Source of the DNA: Octopus vulgaris
Lineage: Eukaryota
Direction of reading: 5' to 3'
DNA length: 64,000 nt
NCBI GenBank assembly: GCA_951406725.2
Contig: OX597824.1
Location: forward strand, 42,222,001 to 42,286,000
In this document: positions 54,252-64,000 of the stretch, one piece after another
Layout of the letters: every line of letters begins with the position of its first letter
How positions within the stretch are numbered: the first letter of the stretch is position 1
Program-made: the position numbers and the translations under genes
The notes under the pieces: generated by a model
The model's input: only the letters and a program-made list of their open reading frames with translations
What the model was told of the DNA's origin: nothing
Database searches by the model: none

Positions 54252-55267
54252 TCAGTGTGTGCAGAAGTAGTGTCGCTTGTAGCTACAAATATGAATACTG
54301 GAATGACAATCTTTGTTAGACGTGTGTGTAACAGTTATGCGCTTGTGAGTCCATTGGTTTGCTGGCATTGATGTGCTATTTTCTGCGCGACCGCCTTTCT
54401 GCCACAGCGTCTCACGTCTCTTACATCTTTGAGTAAGCAGATCAGAACAACCCTCTGCTTCACTTGGTCATTTACAAAACTCTTCCAGGATTTTGTATTT
54501 ATAATGAACGCCTTCATTTCTCCTTTATAGGTAAGGAAATCGACGGACAAAAACAACAGTGCACCGTCACTTTACAAATAAATAAAAACAAACATATATG
54601 CAAAAGCGTAAAGAACTTCCCCCCACCACTACCACCACCAACAACAATAACAACAACTACCATCATCATCCAGTGCGTGTTAAGGTATGGGCAATTGTCC
54701 GGGAGTCTCACGAATCTAAGGGACCGATTCTGATATACGAGATGGTGCTAAAATGTTACTAGCTTCAGGTAGAAGGAAATAGAAGACGGTCAGTTAATTA
54801 AGATTTTATGCAACATATTTCTCTCGTATTGCAGCGGTCCATAAGTTTTTCTAATCCCCGTAAAAGAACTTGGAAGGTCGGGCTCCAAACCGGCCTTTCG
54901 TGACACCCTTAAAGCCCGGAACTTTTCAGCAAGCCTTGTTATGTATATTGTGACTCGCTGTCAATAAATAAATACTATAGGGTCGATTGCATTTATTTGT
55001 TCATGAGCCAATTTTGCTGCAGGAACGGCCCTGCAATAATTATTGAAGCCATCTCCACACCATTACCATCCTCTTCAACGACTTCAACAACAATGTGATC
55101 TTAAAAGGCAGTGGGTGGTAAGATATGTGAAAGATCTTAAAAAAACGGTCTCTTGCATTCGAAGGTTTAAATCCTACTAACGTGTACGTAACGATTTATC
55201 CGTACTAAACAATTTGAATAAACCACAGGCCTCGCTAAAGTTCGAGAACCCTGCCAGTATCCATACA

Positions 55268-55344
<77 letters not shown>

Positions 55345-55496
55345 ATATGAAATAACAGCCGGCACTTTGAGAGAGTAACGCTCCAGCACGTTATTAGGCA
55401 GCCTACCGACTAATACACAGAACATGATGTACGTTAGGTGCATTTAGTCGATAGTATACACACACACACGCACACACACACACACACACACACATA

Positions 55497-56696
55497 CACA
55501 TGACAGAAGTAAATAGGCACGCTCTAAAACATCCTTTTTTGTTTATTCTAACATGTAGAGGTTTATAATTTTATTAATTGACATTTCTATGTTTCAAGTT
55601 CTATATGTGACTGTTTAATCATGCCATATATAAAATAATCCTTGGAACTGTCTGAATTTCAAAGAGGCTGTATTGTGGGTGATTCTGAAGATGGACATAG
55701 TCAGCGTAAAATCGCAGAAAACCTTTTGATCCCGCTTTCTACAGTTAATAGAGTGATTGTGCAATTCACCAGAGAGGAGATGTCCACATCACCTCAACCA
55801 GTTCAAGCAGGGCCCTCTGACAGGACCCTAATCTTTGTTAAGAGAAGTTTGGAGGATAATGCTCGTTGCAAGGCCTGGGACATAGCAGAACAAGTCCCAG
55901 AACAGCTGTCAGGTATCGTCACAAACTTGGTTATGATGGCAGAGCAGCAAGAAGGAATCCCTTCTCAACCAGCCAACACCAAGCGAAAAGGTTGAGCCAG
56001 TAAGATGGTGAAAAGGACACTAGCATTTTGGAACACTGTCATACTTTCTAACGAGTCTGCTGTATTTCTTGACAGTTGTCGAGTGTGGGTCTGGAGACTC
56101 TATGGTCAACAATTTTATGTGAAAAGATTGCAGTCAATAATGAAACATGGCAGCTATTCTGTGATGGTTTGGGGAGCAATTTGGTGCAATTGTTGATCAG
56201 AACTGGTGGAGTGTAATGGAAACATAAACTCAGATAAACATGTGTCTATATTGGAGAAAGAACTCCTTCCAATCTTCTCCAGTTGTGAAATGATTAAAGA
56301 AGACTCTTGATTTATGGAAGATGGGGCTCCTTGACACAATTAAAAAACGAAAGATATGTTGGAAGAGAACGGCATTAAAAAGCTTCCATGGCTAAGCCAG
56401 TCACCAGATATGAACCCTATTGAACACCTCTGGGACATAATAGACAGGACACTTCATAACAAGAACAAGAAAGAATCTTCAAAGCCGGACCTTTTGACAT
56501 TACTGCATGAAACTTGGCAAGAAATTCCGCAAGAGAATATCCGTCACCTGATCAGTAACATGCCTAATAGTGTTCTTGCATTGAATTAAATATCACATAT
56601 TCACATCATAACATTTAACAACTAATCTGAATGTATAATTTCAGATTTAAATAAAAATGTTAATGATTATAAGGGTCTATTTACTTCTATTATGTC
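55497..56696 (+). mobile_element. Second Tc1 transposon (different family), with pseudogenised transposase (~55621-56589)
   Basis: TIRs acatgacagaagtaaataggcac / gtctatttacttctattatgt. [50 protein letters not shown]. Confidence 0.92.
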
Positions 56697-56937
56697 TCTG
56701 AATGTATGTATGTATGTATGTATGTGTATACACACCCCACCCACCCACAGATATATATATATATATATGTATAACTTCGATGTATACATCTTGGTTTCAA
56801 ATCCGTCCGCTGTTAACTTCTTCCTTCCGGTGTCGGTGTAAGCGATAGACACTCCCTTCAAAACTGTTGAGTTTGTAATTTAATAAAAAAAAGTCATATT
56901 ATATATATATGAATACATACACACACACACACATACA

Positions 56938-57006
<69 letters not shown>

Positions 57007-57009
57007 GAA

Positions 57010-57670
57010 AGCTGCTCGGGCGGCAGAATCAGTAGAGCATCAGGTTAAACATCTTGCGGTACGTAGCTACGTACTTTTTGCTCTATGTCGAAATCCGGCC
57101 GAAGTTAAGTTTGTCTCCCATCCTTCCCCCAACTTAGTAAAGTAAAATACGTCAAAATCACTAAAATTTAATTCACGAAATTTCCCCGATATTGTGATCT
57201 TGTGCTAATTTAAAAAAAATTATTATTCTTTCTACGATAGGCACAAGAAAGAATTTTGGGATGAAGTGGTTAGTCGATCACATCGGCCACACTGATAGTT
57301 ATTTTAACGGCCCCTGAAGGGTTGAAAAGCAAAGTCGACTCGGTGAAATTTGAACTGAGAACTTGAAACCCAAAGAAATACCACTAAGCATTTTTGTCCG
57401 ACGTGCTAAAAGTTACCGCCGGTTCGCCACCCTTTCGTGTTAGAAATAATTTTAGAAATAATTATATCGCAGGAAGCAGTGGATTGCCAGAATTCTTACG
57501 TTGTTGTGTCGGGACAAATGCCTCCATATGTTTTGTAATGGCCCTTTTCGCTTTGAGTTCAAATCCTACTGATTTCAACTTTATTCTTTTCCCTCAAAGG
57601 TCAGTATAACTACTTGGCATGATGTTGCAGGTTGAGTTGAGCCATATCCTGAACATCCCTTCAAAATTTG
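57010..57670. mobile_element. Three old SINE family A copies (+, -, +)
   Basis: Degenerate cores, clearest at 57225-57432. Confidence 0.65.
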
Positions 57671-57929
57671 TCGGTCATCACTTTTAAATTTATGATTTCA
57701 TACCCATACGAGAATTCATTATTCATTCATGCTATAGTTGATGTTGTTGTTGTTGACGTTATTGTTGACTGTGCCAAAATGAGAAATTTACTTGGTACAT
57801 TGAGCGAATAAATGTCACTTCTGTAATACATCGCTCAAAGAATCATTAAGCAGAAAAATAAATGGTTGATATGCAGAAACAATAGCTAATATTAATGTTA
57901 ATGTGTGAGTGTGCATATATGTGTGTGTG

Positions 57930-58147
57930 TAGCTCCTACACGCATTTTTTCTCTCCTTTTTTCTCTCCTTGTTTCTCTCCTTTTTTCTCTCCTTGTTTCT
58001 CTCCTTGTTTTTTTCTGTGTATCTTTCTGTCAAAGAGCGTAGGCTCGAAACGTAAAAGACTTTTTCTATTCCTGAGCGCTATACTAATACATTTGTTTGT
58101 TTGTACTCCACCTTCCTTCGTCTTTTGTTTATTTTCGTAAACTTTCC

Positions 58148-58152
<5 letters not shown>
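57930..58152 (+). mobile_element. Second copy of the hammerhead cassette, with a 12 bp tandem repeat (tttctctccttg) upstream
   Basis: Homologous to 30140-30337. TCTTT-CTGTCAA-a-GAGC-gtag-GCTC-GAAACGTA-AAAGA at 58022-58059. Ends in (TA)n. Confidence 0.75.
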
Positions 58153-58206
<54 letters not shown>

Positions 58207-59299
58207 CACATATAGTCACTCATATATACATACAGACCTATAAATGCATACATACACACACACACACACATTTATTTATACACACACATGCATGCCATGC
58301 CTACATACACAGATTCGAACAAAAATTTCTTCTCTAAATATAGCTCTCCCACCACCACCATGACCACGCATAAACGCAGTAAAAGATCTGCCAATGAGAA
58401 GTTTCAACATTCATGCCTTTCCCCTATAATAGTTTCTCTATCCAGTCCTATAATCTATTTTAACACCTGAATTACTATTTTTCACTTAACTGTTCAGCAC
58501 CTATAGAAATTTATTATTTTTTGTTATATTTTACATAAACATTTTCTTTTACGCTTATCTTTTTGTTTTTGTTAGATATTTTCCCTTCATGCTCGACTCA
58601 TAAGAGTGATGTGTGTTGCTGTTGTTGTTCTATGGACTGTTGTTTTGTACTGTACTGTACTGTACTGAGCGGCGTTATGCTGTGGTGTGGATTGGAGTGG
58701 ATAGGGGAAATTGGAATTGGTGGAGAGTGGGGCTGGAAAATGCAATGCCGTGCGGTGGAGTGCAATAAGAGACGGAAGAGAGATTGGATTGAGTGTTGTA
58801 CGGTGGGGGTGAGGGTGTGTGTGTGTGTGAGTGTGTGTGTGGGGGGGAGGAGTATGGGAGGGGAGCCCGTGGGTGCAGGAAACCGTGAGGTAAGAAGGCG
58901 AGGTGGCATGGAGGCAGATAGGCAAGGAGAGGTACAGGTCAAAACCGAACGCCGTCGCAACCACCGTCTTGTTTCTTCACGCATGCACCAACAACTTCTT
59001 TTTCTTCTTCTTCTCCACCTCTTTCTCCCTCCTCCTCCTCCTCACTTATCACCCCCCTCCTTTTTTCCATCTTCCATCTTGCAAGACAAACGTCCAAATT
59101 AAATAATGCGTTCCGAATATTTTTTTATTCTATTTTATTTAATGTTTATTATCGTGATTATTATTGTTATTACTGTCCTTGTAGTATTGTTGTTGTTGTT
59201 GTTACACTTATTATTATTATTATTATTGTTATTGCTATCCTTATTATTATTGTTATTATTTAAATAAAATAAAAACAAACAAGAAAAAACTCTAGAAGC

Positions 59300-59435
59300 A
59301 TGTCTTCGTTGCCCTTCTATTGTTTCGTGTTATTTCGGTGAGGCGGCCGGTTTCGAGCGGTCGGACAGACGCTCTCGGGGCGGTCGGGCGCTGTTTGGTC
59401 ACACAGAACTGGACGTGCACGCCGGTGTGCGTGCG
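59300..59435. promoter_or_regulatory. CpG-rich non-repetitive island; candidate promoter or 5' exon
   Basis: High GC and CpG content against an AT-rich background. GC-box-like GGGGCGG, Inr-like CCAGTT on the minus strand, adjacent (GA)n. Confidence 0.35.
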
Positions 59436-59508
59436 TATGTACGTGAGTGTGAGCTTGTGTATGTAAAAAAGAGACAGAGAGGGGGGGGAGAGAAAAGAAA
59501 ACAGAGGG

Positions 59509-59542
<34 letters not shown>

Positions 59543-59717
59543 ATTAGTATGTGAACGTATGTATTTATTTGTGTGGGTATGGAGTGGTTTGGTAAAAAAA
59601 AATAGCGGGAAGGAGTTCTCGGCTGGTATTGCACCTATGAATACGGATGTATAGGAGAGTGCGTGGGAGTGTGTGTGTGCATGGGCAAGAGAGTGTATGT
59701 ATGAACACACACACACA

Positions 59718-59812
<95 letters not shown>

Positions 59813-61284
59813 GTATTTATGTATATGCATATGTATAATATATATATATAATACGTATATGTATGTGTAAATATGTGTGTGTGTGTATGTGTGTTTTAGT
59901 GTGTGTCTTCATGTTTTCGATTGTTTTTTTTTCTGTTGTTTTATTTTCATTTATTTCTTTTAATGCTCACCACCGCCGTTACCTCCATTTCTATATTTCT
60001 CGCTATTGTGGATTAAGGAAAATATTAGAATGGTAATGTGAGGGTTATTATCGTTGTTGTCGTAGATGTTGTTGTTATGCTTGTAGTAGGTGTTATTTTT
60101 ATTATTACTGCTTCTGTTTTTATTTTTCGTTTTCTTTTTTTTGTGTGTGTTTCATTTTCATTTTCTTTTCTTTTTTTGCTTTTGTCATTGCCTTTTTACT
60201 GGGTTTTATTCTTGTTTTTGCCATAAAGTGGTTAAGATGTGTTTGTGGAAGTAGTGAGGGTGACGATAGTAGGATGATTGCAAAAAAGAAAAACAAGACC
60301 AAAAAAAAAATAACGAAAAAACAAAAGAAAAGCGAAACGAGATGGAGGAAATCTGTTTAGAGCGGATGCAGTAGAAGATAGCGTTAGAGGGATTAAAGAC
60401 TGATTCTAATGAAAAGTGGTAAACGTTCAGCCTAACATGATGGATGGTGAGTAAGATGGACGGATGACTGCCTAACTGATTGGTTCAATTGACGTGGTTG
60501 GGAGAGAAACCTATGGTAGGAGAGCGGGATGGGCGGATGGATGCCATCGCTGCATGCTGCAAAGTTTCTCCTACTTATTTTAAGCGCTGTTTATCCCGAC
60601 GGGTCAGCTCTGTCCAAGCAGTTCTATTATATAAAAAGATATTCCAACCATGACCATTTAGTTTAATTTAATTTTTCCCTTTTTTTTTCATTTCTTTTTT
60701 TTTTTTTTTGCATACCTCAATTTACGTGTTTTCGAATTATGGATGTTTCGACTTTATGTCGGTGGTGTTTTGTTTTCTTTAAAGAAATTCATGGAGAAAA
60801 ATAAACCTCAATTGCAGTCGATTTATTTTATTTTATGTCCAATTCAGCAAACGTATTTAAAAGCACGAGAATTTAAGAAAAAAATCACCTAATATCCAGT
60901 ACTGGAGTAGGAAATGAAATAAAATGCATGTGAAAATATGTACAAACCATTTATTAAAACAGATATAAGCTAATACAGTTTTCAAAATGTCTTTTTCGTG
61001 TTACATCGTATTTGAGCTTTAGGTTGCATATCTTGGAGCTGGTTACAGACGTAAGTTGAAGTATGCCTGTACAGTGTCTCCACGTATTAAGACTGCAAGC
61101 TGCCAGGCCGTCGCAGATGATGACGATGATATCCAGGTCATACCTGATATAGCTTCTCCAGGATTAAAAGCGTAATTTGAACTCAAAACAAAGATTCGAA
61201 CTAAATATTGCAAAGAGAGTTTTTTTTACAACGCTCCAATAATTCTTCCAACCACTGCTAATTTTTTCTTTTATTATTTTGTAT

Positions 61285-61594
61285 GTGGTGGTGCAATGGC
61301 CCAGTGGTTAGGGCAGCGGTCTCGCGGTCATAGGATCGCGGCTTCGATTCTCAGACCGGGCGTTATGAGTGTTTATTGAGCGAAAACACCTAAAGCTCCA
61401 AGATGCTCCGGCAGGGTGGGGGGCGATCCCCGCTGTACTCTTTCGCCACAACTTTCCCTCATTCTTTCTTCTGTTGGCCTGCTCGCTTAGCCAGCGGGGT
61501 GGCGTCATTTGAAGGCTAAAACAATGCGAAGCGCATTGTGACCAGCGGTGTGTAGCAACATCTGATACTCTGGTCGGTCACGGTGATCACGGTG
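61285..61594 (+). mobile_element. tRNA-derived SINE family D
   Basis: A box tggcccagtgg, B box cttcgattc, tandem tcacggtga tail, flanking duplication attattttgtat. Confidence 0.85.
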
Positions 61595-61610
61595 ATTATT
61601 TTGTATAGTA

Positions 61611-61822
61611 AGGCGGCGAGCTGGCAGAAACGTTAGCGTGCCGGGCGAAATGCTTAGCGGTATTTCGCCTGCCGCTACGTTCTAAGTTCAAATTCCGCCG
61701 AGGTCGACTTTGTCTTTCATCCTTTCGGGGTCGATAAATTAAGTACCAGTTGCTTACTGGAGTCGATCTAATGGACTAGCCCCTCCCCCCAAATTTCGGG
61801 TCTTGTGTTTAGAGCAGAAAAG
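61611..61822 (+). mobile_element. Young SINE family A copy with 16 bp TSD, followed by an older copy at 61845-62040
   Basis: attattttgtatagta at 61595-61610 and 61823-61838. Confidence 0.92.
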
Positions 61823-62344
61823 ATTATTTTGTATAGTATTCAAGGCAAAACCATTAACTCGCCGGACAAAATGCTCCACGACATTTCGTGCGTCTCTACA
61901 TTCTATGTTCAAATTCTGCCGATGTGGACTTTAGCCTTCAGCCTTTCAAGAAAACAATTACCAGTTGAATACTAGGGTCGATGTAATCGAGTAGCCCATC
62001 CTCCCAACATTTCAGGCCTTGTGCCCATAATATAAAGAATTAATTTGTATATTATTCTGATATATTGCTGAAAGCATCACCTGTTTAAAGAAGTGATTCC
62101 ATATGCTTCCTTCAGTTTATATTTATGATTTGTGTATTTATCTATTACATTTTTTTTTCTTGAACTGAATAGAATATGTGCAGAATAGAAAATCTGAGAC
62201 ATCTTGTCATTTCTTGTGATGGGAGATACCAATGAAAATAATAATAAAGAAGGAGATTGGCAGTTTTGCTGTTATCAATGTAGATATAGATATCTATGTT
62301 TCTGATTATTTGATGGTGCCGCTTTATTTATATATTCCTTAATT

Positions 62345-62950
62345 CTTTTATTTGTTTCAATCATTTGACTGCGGCCATGCTGGAGCACTGCCTCTAGTCG
62401 AACAAATCGACCCCAGGACTTATTCTTTCTAAGCCTAGTACTTGTCCTATCGGTTTCGTTTGCGTGGCTTAGTGGTTAGGGTGTCAGCATCATGATCGTA
62501 AGATTGTGGTTTCGATTCCTGGACTGGGCGACGCATTGTGTTCTTGAGCAAAGCACTTCATTTCACGTTGCTCCAGTCTACTCAGCTGGCAAAAATATGT
62601 AACACTGCGATGGACTGGCGTCCCGTCCAGCTGGAGAACGCATACGCCATTGAAACCGGGAAACTGGGCCCATTAGCCTGGCTAGGCTCTAAAAGGTCGT
62701 ATTTATTTATCTTTATTTATGCCTGTGTGAGTGTGTGTGCGTGTGCGCGTGTGTGTATACGTGCATGTGTTTTTTATGCTTTCCCCCCGCTATCACTTGA
62801 GAATCGGTGTTGGTTTGTTTACGTTGCCGGAATTTAGTTGTTTCGTAAGAGAGACCGACAATATAAGTACGAAGCACGATTTTTTTCGACTAAACCTTTC
62901 AAGTCGGTGCCCCAGCATGTCGCACTCCAAAGACTGAAACAAGTAAAAGA
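62345..62950. mobile_element. SINE B 3' part (-), SINE C (62462-62700, +), SINE B 3' part (62775-62950, +)
   Basis: Similarity to the other copies. Confidence 0.8.
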
Positions 62951-62959
62951 AGATATACA

Positions 62960-62975
62960 TCTATCTATCTATCAA

Positions 62976-63021
<46 letters not shown>

Positions 63022-63059
63022 ATCTATCTATCTATCTACCTATCTATCAATCTATTTAT

Positions 63060-63103
<44 letters not shown>

Positions 63104-63130
63104 TTATTTATTTATATTTCTATCTATCTA
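62960..63130. repeat. (TATC)n microsatellite
   Basis: Direct reading. Confidence 0.95.
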
Positions 63131-64000
63131 TGTGTGTGTGTATATATTTTTTGGAAAGGTGAAACTCGAAGCATATGAAGCTCTTAATAATAGGGCGTGA
63201 ATATTGGGTTAAAAGTAAAATATAGTACCTTTTATGTCTATATAACATACAATAATACTACGTTTTATATAGAGAGATAACATACTATAACACTTCTGCC
63301 AAATTAACCGAAGGCAATATGAGGTTCTTGCACAAAGGTACCGGGCAATGGGATCGAGCACGGAACCAAGCGGATGTGAAGCGAATTTCTTAATTACACA
63401 CACAGTGATGCCATGCCGATATACACTTCTTTCATTCCTCCTAGGTATTCGGCGAATTCCTGGGTCAATAAATTCCCGCTGAGAAATGTGAACAATCATC
63501 GTTATTTTAATTATCATTATCATAACCATCATCGCCATCTTTGTCGTCGTCGTTTTGATTAGCCAAGGTGACTAATCAACTAACTAACTGTCCATCAGAA
63601 CAAACAATTTGGTAATGAACAGCAGTGAAATGAATGAACTCTGTGGCTGTGTGATCCTGTGGTTGCGCTGGGGAAAGTCGGTTATGTGTTCGCTACCGGT
63701 AATAAATAAAAGAAAGCACATTTGTGGGTAGGGAGTACGTCATTGAGAGAATTGGGGTCTGGTGTTAGTAGTAGTAGTAGTAATAGTAGCAATGATGATT
63801 GGGTGTAGGAGAGCCATGATGGTACAGGCATTTAGAGAATGTGTAAACCAACCGCATAACACCAACGCATCAGTGCCTCCTCATTTATTAGCACCATGGT
63901 TGCGAGCCATCGAGCAGGAAAGCCTCTGGAACTATTATTTCAGTTAAAAGAAGTAGCAGTCAAATTTCCATTGAGCCATCTTCAACGTTCTGAAAATGAG

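Noticed and set aside
57955-58012. Regular short repeats resembling a CRISPR array
   Set aside because: A 12 bp tandem repeat without unique spacers, in eukaryotic context with no cas genes.
58598-58984. 128 aa minus-strand ORF MREETRRWLRRR...
   Set aside because: It crosses (CA)n and (CAGTA)n repeats, several overlapping frames are open, and there is no recognisable domain.

Overview
This is AT-rich, repeat-saturated eukaryotic DNA. It is most likely intergenic or intronic sequence from an octopus-like cephalopod, inferred from the SINE, LINE and microsatellite complement rather than from a database match. No host protein-coding gene can be supported; nearly all short ORFs are microsatellite translations. 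Recognisable elements are decayed Tx1/L1-like, RTE and R4/Dong-type (RLE) LINEs, two Tc1 transposons, pogo/Tigger-like MITEs, a Helentron/DINE-like element and many tRNA-derived SINEs. The standout is a Penelope-like element (PLE) and hammerhead-ribozyme system at (TA)n microsatellites. (1) A near-intact Neptune-type PLE (39021-42244, minus; RT plus GIY-YIG) has an upstream ORF joined to the RT frame by a U_UUU_UUA -1 slippery site, and its 3' repeat carries a U3-A8 minimal hammerhead. (2) A second GIY-YIG remnant is flanked by two long-stem-II hammerheads with an unusual GAAG core. (3) Several short non-coding hammerhead cassettes occur, including one with a tRNA-derived Pol III head. All alignments and folds were read by eye and element boundaries are approximate.
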